A stretch of DNA of 64,000 nucleotides from a virus (lineage: Duplodnaviria; Caudoviricetes), in the IMG/VR virus record IMGVR_UViG_2907233695_000001, positions 32,001 through 96,000 of that record; one strand, 5' to 3'. Position numbers and translations under genes: made by a program. The stretch's first letter is position 1. Each line of letters opens with the position of its first letter. Shown here piece by piece: positions 42,543 through 53,817 of this stretch. The notes under the pieces were generated by a model that saw only the letters and a list, made by a program, of their open reading frames with translations, searched no databases and had not been told where the DNA came from.

Positions 42543-43670
42543 TTATTTAAACACTGGCACACCATCTTTAATTGTATATTGCATACCTTTGTTTTCTTTG
42601 CTCTCCACTTGTTTCTTTTTGGCCTGTGACCTACCAGTAATCATATCCTCAATTGAACTAAGTTTCTTCTTGCTCTCTGCATACTTCTTTTTCCACTTTT
42701 CAACTTCTTCTGAAAGTTGCTGATTCTTCTCATTCACCTGCTCAATAAGTCGATCCTTATCCATGGTTATAAAGTCAGCCATTGTCTTGTCGCTTTCCAA
42801 TTCATTCACCCGAAGTCTCAGCATCGTGTTATCATCTTTTAGTTTAAATACATCATCAAGCAAATTACTGTTTTTCTTAAACAAGTCATCAATAACAATT
42901 GTTTGGGAATTATGTATCTGTTCCAGCATCCCATTATCAATATATACACTTTCAACAGATGAAGCCGTTTCTTCAACCGTTACCAATTGGAGGTGATTTT
43001 TCTTTCTTCCTCTTAACTTTTTATTTTGTTCAACAGTTTCAAAAAACTTTTCGTCTGTGATGATCGTTTTTAAGCTATTGTTGTATTTATTCAAACAAGC
43101 AGCCTTTGTATGATTTATTTTCTCTGATGCTTTTTGTGCTGCCTCTCCAAGTGTTCCACCATTATTGATTGTACTATAGTAACAATCCAGCAAAATCAAT
43201 TCTTCTTTTGGTGTCCATGTTACAAGATGGTGATCCATGGCCTTAGACCGTTGCTCTTTGCTTGCAGACTCTTCAACGTTAAGGAGGTACGTTCTAACCT
43301 GCTTTGCAATTTCGCTGTCTCTGAGAAGCATTCCAATGCGTAGGATCGACCTTCTCGGAATCAACTTTACTATGAACTGGTTAGGGTTTAAGGCTTTTGA
43401 CAAGATGTCAAAACCCTCTGATTTAGAAGTAACTTTCTTGACTCCATCTGATTTGAATTCATCTTTATGCCTATGCAATACTTGGTCAATAGCTGTCTTG
43501 TTTACTTCGTAATAATCTGCCACCATTTGAACCGTCATGCTCTCACCGTCCGGTAACAATGAAAGCAATTTAACCTTATTCATTACTTCCGTTTTAACTA
43601 TGTATTGATCTCGAAAACTTTGATCCTCAATGAATTTTTCCTGTAATGCTAAATTTGTCAAAATAAACAT
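42543..43670 (-). CDS. Antirepressor-like DNA-binding protein with RsfA/Myb-like domain and coiled coil
   Basis: VADYYEV...ILRIGMLLRDSEIAKQVRTYLL; WTPKEELILL...NHTKAAC. Confidence 0.6.
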   Translation of the reverse strand: MFILTNLALQEKFIEDQSFRDQYIVKTEVMNKVKLLSLLPDGESMTVQMVADYYEVNKTAIDQVLHRHKDEFKSDGVKKVTSKSEGFDILSKALNPNQFIVKLIPRRSILRIGMLLRDSEIAKQVRTYLLNVEESASKEQRSKAMDHHLVTWTPKEELILLDCYYSTINNGGTLGEAAQKASEKINHTKAACLNKYNNSLKTIITDEKFFETVEQNKKLRGRKKNHLQLVTVEETASSVESVYIDNGMLEQIHNSQTIVIDDLFKKNSNLLDDVFKLKDDNTMLRLRVNELESDKTMADFITMDKDRLIEQVNEKNQQLSEEVEKWKKKYAESKKKLSSIEDMITGRSQAKKKQVESKENKGMQYTIKDGVPVFK

Positions 43671-43703
43671 CTCCTTTTATATAATTTATAATTGATTAAT
43701 GTA

Positions 43704-43732
43704 AATATAACATATGAATTTATGTATGTAAA
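43704..43732 (-). promoter_or_regulatory. SigA promoter with operator palindrome
   Basis: TTTACA-17-TATATT; TTTATGTATGTAAA 43719-43732. Confidence 0.7.
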
Positions 43733-44656
43733 TATAGGAAAATAAAAAACTCCAAGGGATTAACCCCTCAGAGCAGATTTAACACGGTAAACCATCGTTC
43801 TCCACACTTTCCTCAAGCTGCGTCTCTTCTCCTCTCTAAAGACAACCTCGATCTTCTTAGGGGAAGAAATAACGTATGGTTTACCATCTTTCATGCCGAT
43901 AATCACTTGTTTCATATATGTATCTCTCCTTTGTGCTTTGATAATATAGTATATTTCACATTAATTTCAATATGCTATTTTTATCTATTTAACACAAAAT
44001 AAAAAGCCACTTTTTAATTTTATTTCCCTTCTTCTTGATCCTCATAAAACCATTTAGGCTGCTTAGGAGCCTCATACAGAGGGTTTTCCTCGATGTCATA
44101 GATATTATCTAGCTTACCCATTTTCTTATACCAGAGCCAAACGTCATTCTTTGTGGCTAGGTTACTGTAATGTTTGCTTCCGTCATGGTAAATGACGACC
44201 CAACGAAATGATTTATCAATGAGAGATGTCATTCTGATTCCCCTTCTAAGCATTTATTGCAGATATCCAGCATTACTCCTGATCCTTCTAGTTGTTTTGG
44301 CTCATACCAGACTTGAACAATTTCAGATTCGTTTACTTCTCTTTCACAACCATCACAAATTATTTTTTCCATGGAATAATACCTCCTCGCTGTTATAGAA
44401 GGAAAGATACATCATTAGTCTATCCACCAAGCCAAATGTCATCATCAAAATACGGACAATCATTGTCTGTTACCAATTCCTCAAATGTTAATTTATTCAA
44501 TTCATTCTTTTTCACGTTTCGATTCTGGCAATAGCCGTATGTCCCATAGTCATGACACCATGAGCAGTCTTGACATGCATGATCTTTATTTTCTTCTGTA
44601 ATTGTTATAGCCTCCTTTATAGCGGCCTTAGAATGAAAAGTGTCGGCTGTTATGTA

Positions 44657-45172
44657 TCAAATATCACTATTGCTGATTTTCAGTTGTATATTTAGTGTTT
44701 TATTATTGCCCTGAATTTCTTTTGTAGCCCACCTGCAATTTGATGGACTATAGCCTTTATTTACGTTTATTCTGTCAATAGTTAGGTTTTGACTATATCC
44801 ATTATTTATAGACCATTGATAAAAATTGTCCAGACCATTTCCGCCTAACCATTCCTTACATATCATTATTCCTCTACCACCATAGTCTTGGAATTGTCTA
44901 TGGTTTGAATTTAAACATCTTTGCTTCATATTATGATAAATCCTAGATATTCGTCCAAAAGTAATATCATTTTTTCTAGAATTGTTTAATTTTGTATGAT
45001 CTTTGTTTTGTATATGACCACAAGTTTTTGTACGTCCTCTAGTTAAGTCACTTCCTCTAGTAATTACATAGTTTGGGTTTCCACAATCACATAAACAATT
45101 CCAAGCAACTCTATCCATTAAATTGTCTGCTCTGCTTATAACTATTAGTTCACCAAATTTTTGCCCTGTCAA
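44657..45172 (-). CDS. HNH-type homing endonuclease, paralog of 13419-14078 with shorter C-terminus
   Basis: GQKFGEL...WNCLCDCG; YGGRGI; TIDRINVNKGYSPSNCRWAT. Confidence 0.8.
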   Translation of the reverse strand: MTGQKFGELIVISRADNLMDRVAWNCLCDCGNPNYVITRGSDLTRGRTKTCGHIQNKDHTKLNNSRKNDITFGRISRIYHNMKQRCLNSNHRQFQDYGGRGIMICKEWLGGNGLDNFYQWSINNGYSQNLTIDRINVNKGYSPSNCRWATKEIQGNNKTLNIQLKISNSDI

Positions 45173-45215
45173 ATCCTTGAGTTTAATAAACTCATCTCCC
45201 TTATATTTTTTAGTT

Positions 45216-45256
45216 TTAATGGTGTAACAGAAACTTAAATCCTGTTACACCATTAA
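45216..45256. repeat. 15-bp perfect inverted repeat
   Basis: TTAATGGTGTAACAG / CTGTTACACCATTAA. Confidence 0.85.
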
Positions 45257-45860
45257 TATACAATATAAAAGATGAGAAGTTCAATACTTTTTCTGGAATA
45301 TTTTTCAAACTCTGTTATAGTGCCAGAATAAAAATTAGCGTGAAAAAATTTTTGCTTGCTGTTATTGAGATAATTCTACTTCATTTCTGTCCATAGAGAA
45401 AGTTGCGCCTGATTTTGTCTTAAAGTATGCGCTCACGAATGTTCTAACACCATCGTTTGTAATTTTCCAATCTGTAACACGTTCCAATAACTCACCAGTA
45501 ACTTTATCCTTGTAGTATACTGACATATCTATAGCCTCCTTTATGCCATTATATGCTGTTTTGGTTCATACTCAGGCAAGTGGTATAGATCGAATCCATT
45601 ATGTAATACCTCATACTTTAATTGCTTTGCTCTGCCTTTTTCAAACTGTTTAATTGTCTCTACTCCTAACCAGTTAAAGTCTGTTATCCATTCGCCAAAC
45701 ATTAACAGATGACCGTCAATGATATCATAATTAAAGAATTTGACTGTTTTTATTTCATCATCCAATTCAACCACAGACCAACATGGAACATTTTTATGAT
45801 ATTCTTGAAATGCTTTTTTCATAAGAAATAAAACCTCCTTGGAATATTTTCGATGTTCTG

Positions 45861-46277
45861 TTATACAGTGAATTGCATTCTCATTCTTTGGTTTTCTGTT
45901 AAGCGTTCCATTCTCTTTTCTCTTTCCTCTTCGATTTGCCGTTCCCGTTCTTCTACTTCAATCCTAGCCTGTTTATATGCTTCTGTTTGCTGATTCTCAC
46001 GAATGGCTGCTGTTAAACGATCAATTAACTCTAATTCATCTGTTATAATGCTGAATACATGAGAATACGTATGGAAATTTCCAAAGAAGGAAGTACATCC
46101 TTTATACTTTTCGTTTTCTGGCCTCCAACCCTTTGCAGGTTTAAACTCAGTAACAAAGTTTCCGTATTTTTCAAAAGTAGCATCCAATGGATATTCAGAT
46201 AAGACTTTCATTAAATCTTCAATGGTATCTAACTCCTGACCGTACCACTTAGAACCATTTGAACGGATTTCTAGCAT
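45861..46277 (-). CDS. Hypothetical protein
   Basis: 138-aa ORF, RBS AGGAGG. Confidence 0.7.
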   Translation of the reverse strand: MLEIRSNGSKWYGQELDTIEDLMKVLSEYPLDATFEKYGNFVTEFKPAKGWRPENEKYKGCTSFFGNFHTYSHVFSIITDELELIDRLTAAIRENQQTEAYKQARIEVEERERQIEEEREKRMERLTENQRMRMQFTV

Positions 46278-46354
46278 GTTAACAACCTCCTATAATTTGA
46301 TTTGATTAGGCTGCAAGCCACAATAAAACTCACAGCCTGTTATATATGGTTCTG

Positions 46355-47533
46355 TTAAACTGTTACAGGTTGATTGTATTTGTAGAGGTAATAATCATCA
46401 TAGTTTACAACCATTACGCCGCTACGGTTCATTTTTACACTTCTACGCTCTTGCTTCTCACTGGTAAATTCATCAGGAAACGGTATACCATTTTCAACTT
46501 TTATACGTTGGATCATAACGCTTTTGTCTGTTGTTTTTAATATTTGAAAAGCTCTCATAACTCTGTCAGTGCCAATTTGATTCATGGTAACAATATCCCC
46601 GATAATAAAAGGGTTAACTGTTATCTCCTTTTTCTCTGTCCATCCTTCAGGAATTTTCATATCTTTGATATCCGCATAAGCATATTTAAGCGTATAGGGA
46701 ACGTGTCTAGATTGAGTTTCTACTGTTTTGGTATTGGCCTTGACTACAATTTCCCAATCATTGCGAATTTTCACTAAATAACCAGCTTTAACATTATCCT
46801 TACTGTATAGGACTCCCCCGAGCTCATCCATGCAATTATGCATGAATGCCAGTTTATCCAACTCATACTCCATTTTTTCAAGCAGCGATTCCAGCCACTC
46901 GCTGTTATTACGTTCTTCTGCTGCCACAATGGAACGCTCTAAGGCTCTAATACTGGTATTGCATTCTTCGATCCGGTTATTAAGATAAGATTTATTTTTT
47001 AACTGTGACTTGTCAGCCGTTTGTCGTGCTGTTATGGCTCTATCTTTGAAATAATCGCTTTTCCGATACTCTGTAAAACCTTTTTCGTATCGGTCTATAA
47101 GTTTCTGCTTTTGTCGTGCGAAACGCTCAGACCCAGAATGACCAGCAATAATAGGTTGTGTTACCCATGACCAATCTCTAGCAGCTTCCTTAAAACCTGA
47201 CTGCAAATCTTTACCTCTGTTATACGCATTGTCTGAATATTGCTCAAAACGTTCTGCACGAGCTTCGGCCTTTTCCGCTTTGCGTTCTAACTCTTCAGCA
47301 TAAGAGAGACGTTCCCCAACATTGCCTCCATTAGTAAAGCCCAACTTTTCAGCCGTTCTAATGGCTGCATAATGGTTATTAGAGCTTCTAGAAACCCATG
47401 CAGACAATTTACCACTAAAGAGAAAGGATCGTTTTAAATCGGCTTTTTGCTCTACTGACAATACTTGATATTCTGATTTGCTGAAATGCAATTCAATTTT
47501 ATTAGTTTCACGGTTTAATATGTATTCACTCAT
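46355..47533 (-). CDS. DUF3560-domain protein
   Basis: KAEARAERFEQYS...QPIIAGHSGSE...YLNNRIEEC. Confidence 0.75.
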   Translation of the reverse strand: MSEYILNRETNKIELHFSKSEYQVLSVEQKADLKRSFLFSGKLSAWVSRSSNNHYAAIRTAEKLGFTNGGNVGERLSYAEELERKAEKAEARAERFEQYSDNAYNRGKDLQSGFKEAARDWSWVTQPIIAGHSGSERFARQKQKLIDRYEKGFTEYRKSDYFKDRAITARQTADKSQLKNKSYLNNRIEECNTSIRALERSIVAAEERNNSEWLESLLEKMEYELDKLAFMHNCMDELGGVLYSKDNVKAGYLVKIRNDWEIVVKANTKTVETQSRHVPYTLKYAYADIKDMKIPEGWTEKKEITVNPFIIGDIVTMNQIGTDRVMRAFQILKTTDKSVMIQRIKVENGIPFPDEFTSEKQERRSVKMNRSGVMVVNYDDYYLYKYNQPVTV

Positions 47534-47607
47534 TTGTACTACCTCCGATTTATATTGGATTGTTAGACCGTTACCGCATTAGATAACGGCCTGTTTATTG
47601 ATATTTA

Positions 47608-49344
47608 TTATTTATTTTTAACTTTGTTACCTTTGAGCATTATTGCAACTTCTGCACTAACATTAAATAACTTATCAATGTCATTATTAAAAGCTTCTAT
47701 GCCTTGATTAAAGTTATCTTCCCCGAACAATTCAAGCAGGATCAACTTTTTAAACTCTTGTTCGGCTGTTAGTGTGTTTGTCTTGTTGTCGCTGTTATTG
47801 GTTGTTTTGTTGCTTTTGAATGATGCAAAATCGATAACGTTGGAAGTGTTAACAGTTTCCTTTTCCGGTTCTGGTGATGGCTCTACAATATCTACTAGTG
47901 CGTATGTATCCAAAAACTCTCTATATTCGGCCTTCTCTTTATCTGTAATTCCATACGCTTTTAAAGTGCTCTCATAGTCCTGTTGTGTATAATGGGATGG
48001 TTTGTTGTCTCCCATCATAAACAGGCAATGGCCTTCAATGTGCTCTTTTAACGGTGCTGCCTTATGTCTGTAACTTGCTAATACATCAATACGGCCTGAA
48101 TAAGTATTACCATCTTCCCATGTTATGCAGAATTTAGTTTTATCATATCCCTGAGTATCTTTGCTATAAGCGATTCTTAAAATGATTTCTTCGGCTTCAG
48201 CAAAGGTTGAAACCGTTTGACCGTCTTTTACTTCTGAGGATTCAGACCAAAGGAAAGTTATTTCTTTTACCTTTATTTTTTCACCGTCATTGCGGTTTAC
48301 TTCTGTTTGCTGCTCTTCCTCCAATTCGTCATATTTGGCATCACAGAAAATGATAGCTCCATTTTCCTTGTTGATTACTTCAATCCATGCCACCTCATCA
48401 ACCGTCAAACCTTTACAAAAAAACTTTTCGCCAGCTACATAATAATTAATTTTCTTGTGGTCTAATAGCTTTGCAAGCGTCTCTGCATCGTCATTCCATG
48501 CCTTAAAATGTACGTCATGGTAAAGGTAATTAAAATCAATTTTGAAAGCGTATGGATCATTAGTTGTTTGCTGCTCCTGAGCCTCACAAACGGCCTCAGA
48601 TTCCATTGAATCCGGTTCCTCTTGAGTAATTCCGTTAAAAGTATCAACAAACATCTGAGCAAAATTTAAAGCGTCTGGAGTTTGTTTTGTATACCATACA
48701 GAGTTGTAAGAAGACCATTTAAAACCATTTTCCTTTAATGTATCAATTACGTTTTGAGATGGTTTTACAGTAAATTTGATTTCTATTCCTTTCTTTTCTT
48801 TATTTACGTTTAAAGTCGCTTCGTTATTCGAATTGTTATATGTATTAGCTTCATGTACTGTTTTGACCGCTTGCTCTTCGATGGCTGGAGCATTTTCGAA
48901 TTCTTCAATAACTGTTAAACCTTCACGGTTTTTCATGGATTCAATTGCATTCGTTACATACTCTCTAATTTCTTCAGTTACATTGTAGTACTGCAAATCA
49001 GATACAGTATGAGAATACATATGTTCTTTACCGTGAATATTTTTGAGCCAGTTATACCAAAGTTGTTTAGACGCTTCAGGGTTAAGAATTTCACTTTCTT
49101 GAATTTCTTCAATAAACAAACCATCAGCAGCATTGACCATTTTATTAGTCATGTCATCACACCAAGAAACTTTGGATTTTTTAGAAATGTAACCTTCTGC
49201 ACCTCTTTTAGTTTTGGAAAAGTGGTAAACCGTTCCCCATGCGGTTCCAATAACATACACCTTACCGTGATACAGATTTTTGATAGCCTGCTTTGCTTCA
49301 TGGGGAATTGTGTTGATCACTTGCAGAAGTGTTTTGTTTGTCAT
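47608..49344 (-). CDS. Large polyvalent protein (LPD25-like domain)
   Basis: GIEIKFTVKP...LKENGFKWS; FLWSES...GYDKTKF...YSGRID. Confidence 0.7.
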   Translation of the reverse strand: MTNKTLLQVINTIPHEAKQAIKNLYHGKVYVIGTAWGTVYHFSKTKRGAEGYISKKSKVSWCDDMTNKMVNAADGLFIEEIQESEILNPEASKQLWYNWLKNIHGKEHMYSHTVSDLQYYNVTEEIREYVTNAIESMKNREGLTVIEEFENAPAIEEQAVKTVHEANTYNNSNNEATLNVNKEKKGIEIKFTVKPSQNVIDTLKENGFKWSSYNSVWYTKQTPDALNFAQMFVDTFNGITQEEPDSMESEAVCEAQEQQTTNDPYAFKIDFNYLYHDVHFKAWNDDAETLAKLLDHKKINYYVAGEKFFCKGLTVDEVAWIEVINKENGAIIFCDAKYDELEEEQQTEVNRNDGEKIKVKEITFLWSESSEVKDGQTVSTFAEAEEIILRIAYSKDTQGYDKTKFCITWEDGNTYSGRIDVLASYRHKAAPLKEHIEGHCLFMMGDNKPSHYTQQDYESTLKAYGITDKEKAEYREFLDTYALVDIVEPSPEPEKETVNTSNVIDFASFKSNKTTNNSDNKTNTLTAEQEFKKLILLELFGEDNFNQGIEAFNNDIDKLFNVSAEVAIMLKGNKVKNK

Positions 49345-49395
49345 TAGAACCGCCTCCAGTGATTAATTGAATTTTTTTAATTCCTTATATTTCTT

Positions 49396-49424
49396 ATTAT
49401 AAGGCTTTACATATATAAAGTCAA
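49396..49424 (-). promoter_or_regulatory. SigA promoter with operator palindrome
   Basis: TTGACT-17-TATAAT; TTTACATATATAAA 49406-49419. Confidence 0.8.
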
Positions 49425-50131
49425 ACATTATTTATTGTTTTTATATCTTTTATTTTAAATGTTTGTAACCCTATGAAGCAGCTATTTCATTCCCTGATAC
49501 AAAAAGAAAACCGCTTTTTAGCGGCAAGAATACATAGGTAAGGAATATTCTTTTGTAGGAACCCAATGTAATTTGATACGATCCTTTTCTATTGAATCAA
49601 TAACTAGATCGTAATTGATTTCAGGATATGCGCTGTTTACGTATACTTTGTATCCTTCTTTGAAGTTGTTCCAGTTACAACCTTTGAAGATATCAAGAAG
49701 TTGTTTTCCTGTTTCTGTGTCAGCCGATACATAACCACCATTTACAAAGTACATCATTAGAAAATCCCTCCATTTGTTTTCCTTTAGTTTATACTTTATA
49801 TATATGTGAATCAAGTTCAGTTTATAACCATTAATTTTATATTTTTTGTATTATATAGCCCCATAAAACAACTCATTTATAGGGTTATTGCCATTCGAAT
49901 GGCAAACCATTATTAAACCGAGTTTCGACCGCTTTTTTCCACGCTGCTAAACGTTTGAATTCTTTATGATCCCCATTAACTAAAGTAACCCCACCTTGAT
50001 TCTTATCTACTTCATAATAGGCCATTTACAGAGTAATAAGAAACTTTTACCGAGATTGAATTTCCTTCATAATCAACTTTAAATTTCATATCTGTCAACC
50101 TCCTTTAAACATTAACTAACCCCTTAACTAT

Positions 50132-50160
50132 ATTTTACCATAGTCATTTATAAATGTAAA
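50132..50160 (-). promoter_or_regulatory. SigA promoter with operator palindrome
   Basis: TTTACA-17-TAAAAT; TTTATAAATGTAAA 50147-50160. Confidence 0.7.
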
Positions 50161-50210
50161 GTTATTCATTTCATTATACGTATTTTATTTTACACTCACA
50201 CAATAAAACA

Positions 50211-50231
50211 AAAAGAGGCTTTTCAGCCTCT
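50211..50231 (-). terminator. Intrinsic terminator
   Basis: AGAGGCT-GAAA-AGCCTCT followed by TTT on minus strand. Confidence 0.7.
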
Positions 50232-51118
50232 CACACCATGAACGCTTTTCCTTTGTTCGCCATCTTATCAACTTGATTTATAATAATGTTTATGAGCTTC
50301 TCACGGTTTTTAGTGTTAACTTTGATTAATAGCTGCTTTTTTAATTCGTTTAGTTCTGGATCAGTTAGCGAGTTTACAAAGGTTTGAAGCGTTCCAGTGT
50401 GATAAGAACGAAAAGCAGCGTCAAACAATTTGTAATCATATTTCATTTTTTATCCTCTCCTCTTTTGCTTTATACTTTATTATATGAGAGAGTTAATAGA
50501 AATATGACAAAACAAACGTAATTTTTATTATTTTTACGTTTGTTTTGTTTCGGTTATTTTGCCCAATCAAAATTATCATTCTTTAGCTGCTTTTTATGTT
50601 CACTATATAATCGGTTTACGTCGATTGGCTCAAGCTCAATATTTAATTCATATTGATAACGTGTATTAACAATTTCTGATATTTTGGTTTGATCCTTTGT
50701 TAGTACTGCATTATGCAATTCCTCATTGAAAACAGCTTTTAACAGAATGAATTCATTTAATTTTAACATGGGTATTACCTCCATTAAGGTTATAAATGTA
50801 ATATTTTATTCTAATAATTCAATTCATTATTTAACCGCTTAATTTCAATTTTTATTAATTTGTCAATCGTTTTTTTGGATTGCAAATTAGTTAGTGATTT
50901 AATGATTTCTAAATCATGTTTTAAGTTTGCAATTTCTTGAATTAAGGTTATTTTATCCATCTAATTTATTCAAACTCCTTTTTTTATAATCTCAAAGCCG
51001 ATAAGGGGAATTACATAAAAATTCATTCGTGTTTTTAAGTCTAATTGCAAATTTCATTTTATAATCTCTCCTAGTAGATTATTATACATAATAAATAAAG
51101 GGGAAATATTAATCCCCT

Positions 51119-51406
51119 TTATCTTAATACATGTATTAATCCTTTTTCATCTCTTCTAACCTTAATTTTACCTTTTTCAGCATCTTTTTTTAATTCGTCA
51201 ACTTTTTCCCATTCGTAGTTACGACCATTTATTAAGGCAATTTCATAGCCTTGATCCTTTAAAAATGCTTTCGCCTCTTTATCGTAAAGCGTTTCTTTAA
51301 TGAATCCAGTAATATCGCCATGCATAACAGGAGTAATATTGTAGCCTACAACATGAAAGCCTTTTTCCATAATTCTGACTTCTAAATTCGCTTTTTTTGT
51401 TTTCAT
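51119..51406 (-). CDS. Hypothetical protein
   Basis: RBS AGGAGG, own promoter. Confidence 0.7.
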   Translation of the reverse strand: MKTKKANLEVRIMEKGFHVVGYNITPVMHGDITGFIKETLYDKEAKAFLKDQGYEIALINGRNYEWEKVDELKKDAEKGKIKVRRDEKGLIHVLR

Positions 51407-51442
51407 TTGTAAAACCTCCTATGTATTAAACTCTATAGTTAA

Positions 51443-51471
51443 ATAATACCATAGAAATTTATAAATGTAAA
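51443..51471 (-). promoter_or_regulatory. SigA promoter with operator palindrome
   Basis: TTTACA-17-TATTAT; TTTATAAATGTAAA 51458-51471. Confidence 0.7.
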
Positions 51472-52570
51472 TATTTAAAGTACATCTTTTACGTTTTATT
51501 TTTGGTTATAAAATTAAAACTTTATCGGCTTATGCAATCTTATCTAACACATTAAAATAGAATCGGTTTAATGGATCATCAAAGTCTGTAGAGGTGCGAA
51601 GTGTAAAGTTTAAAAGGCCTGCAAAGCCTCCAGAAGCTTTGATTTTGCGTTTGAGTATCTTGTAAGTGTATTCGCTGCTCTCCTCTATATCACGCATATG
51701 TAGGCCGTTTTGATTGTGTATAATCATCTTTCCATTGTAAAACTGAAAATATAAAACCTTGATAACATCCCCATTGTATTTAGTTAATTTATATTCATTC
51801 ATGCACTGAAAAGTTTTCGCTGCTGGTTCTTGCTTATGCGCTTTCAATACTTTGAATGCATGATTAAAGTAAATCATTATATGTCATCCTTTCAAGCATT
51901 AACCGCTTATGTACTTTATACAACTTTATAAGTAATAAAATCATATGTGCCTTTAATCGGCCTAATTGCATAACCATTTGATACAATTTCATTAGCTAGA
52001 ATCTGAGCCTTTTCTTTATTGCTGAATGTTTCTAAAATTTCATTAACTGTAGTGTAATGGTCAAACACTTTACCATAGTATACTTTAATTTGCATATGTA
52101 TCAGCATCCTTTACAAACTCAGAAGAGATAATTTCTATTTCGTCATCGGTCTCTAGACTGCCAGTGTACACAATAACTATAGAACGGCCTTTATATTGCT
52201 CTGTAAGCTGTTTTAATGTTGCTTGATCCAGTTTATCAGATTCTAACAGTGAAAGCGTCCAATGGCCTCCTGTAGCATCTGGAAGCGTATCGGCAAAGTA
52301 TACGTGCTCTTGAGAATCATAATACACTTTATCAATAGTTGCGGTTATTTTTGTTTGTGCAGCACAATGTTGTCCAATCTCATCCCCTATATATTATTAT
52401 TAATATCGGGCTTCTGAATGGACAACATTTTATATTTTACTTTTATTCATTCATTGTTATGCGTCAAATTTAAAAAGGCCAGCAATCAAAAGTAAGTGCT
52501 GTTATGCGACTTTTTGATGGATCAGAAATAAAAAGTTGCTGGAATAATTATAACGTGCTGTTATGCTGCA

Positions 52571-53590
52571 TTATGCTGATTTAAAATACTCATTATACAC
52601 CGTCAAAACATTATCATACATTTTCTCAATGGTTATTCCTGACCCGATAAAAGATATTAAAACATCGTTGTTATAGGTGTATTTTATTCCGTAACTTATA
52701 GCGACTCTCTCTAGTCCCTTTTGTTGCATCTCCTCTATCATGGAATTAATTTGATTATACATGAATGATTGAAGTTGTTCTTTTTGTTTTTTACGTTGTT
52801 CAGATTCATTACGATGCTTAATTATAAAGTTTAAATGGTTAATACGTTGTTCAATGTCTAGAGATAATGGCAATGTATTTAGATGAGATAGAAATGCTAA
52901 AGCGTCATTTAATGACATGGAGTGTTTAGCGGTAATATATTGCCATTCTAATTCATGTAATCGGTCATTTGTTATAGGTGACTTTTCATGGTGTATCATG
53001 AATGTTTTAACCTGATTCATTATAGCGTATTGATAAGCTTCAGTATATGTTGGGTAAGTTTTATTGTATAGTGTACATTGACCGGATATAGTTGTTATAG
53101 GCTCACTTGAGACAATGAAAGAGGGATCGAAGTCACTGGAAATACAATATGCTTCGGCTTCGGCATAAGTAGGAAAAGAACGGTTATAAGCGGTGTAATA
53201 TGTATTCGTTTGTTCGTTTGTTGGTTCTGTAGTTTCTTCTTGGACTGGTTCAGCAACAGGTTTATAGTCGAATGTATAACCCCTAGCACATACACCGATT
53301 AAACCGTTATTCTTCAAGATAGAAAAGAACGTCCAATACTGAGGATTATTGTAGTTTGACTCAATAAAAGAGTGAATGGAATCGCGGTAAAGAATGTCAT
53401 CTTGAATAAGATTCGATCCATTAAAATGGTTATAGATAGCTGAATAAAAGGATAAAATTTGAGTGGTAATATCGGATTGTAGTTCATCGACAGTAATTTG
53501 CTTAGATTTAACTTGAGTTACTGCAAGTTTGAATGATTCATCTGAAGCGAAAACATTTTTATCTAATGCATAATTCAGTTTAATAGTCAT
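52571..53590 (-). CDS. Hypothetical protein, first gene of the early cascade
   Basis: RBS AAGGAG; short internal repeat YNxxxPTYxEA. Confidence 0.75.
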   Translation of the reverse strand: MTIKLNYALDKNVFASDESFKLAVTQVKSKQITVDELQSDITTQILSFYSAIYNHFNGSNLIQDDILYRDSIHSFIESNYNNPQYWTFFSILKNNGLIGVCARGYTFDYKPVAEPVQEETTEPTNEQTNTYYTAYNRSFPTYAEAEAYCISSDFDPSFIVSSEPITTISGQCTLYNKTYPTYTEAYQYAIMNQVKTFMIHHEKSPITNDRLHELEWQYITAKHSMSLNDALAFLSHLNTLPLSLDIEQRINHLNFIIKHRNESEQRKKQKEQLQSFMYNQINSMIEEMQQKGLERVAISYGIKYTYNNDVLISFIGSGITIEKMYDNVLTVYNEYFKSA

Positions 53591-53627
53591 AGGTAACACT
53601 CCTTTAGGCGATTTATTCTATAAGTTA

Positions 53628-53656
53628 ATTATACCAAGTTTATATATGTAAATCAA
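53628..53656 (-). promoter_or_regulatory. SigA promoter with operator palindrome
   Basis: TTGATT-17-TATAAT with TG; TTTATATATGTAAA 53639-53652. Confidence 0.75.
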
Positions 53657-53746
53657 GATAATAATGGTTATTATTCGTATTTTATTTTATTATGAGTGAT
53701 GTAATGTTAATGCAAGTGGGACAATATGTGACCCATTTATGATAGT

Positions 53747-53817
53747 TAGTTTAATAGTTAAACTAATACGATAAGTTTATATGATTAACTATTATAGTTA
53801 GTTTATTCGTTAAACTA
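53747..53817. repeat. Three palindromic iterons WAGTTTA-N5-TWAACTA at exact 26-bp period
   Basis: Starts at 53747, 53773, 53799. Confidence 0.85.

Noticed and set aside
53742-53817. Possible mini CRISPR array
   Set aside because: The period is 26 bp with no room for spacers, and no cas genes are present; treated as iterons.
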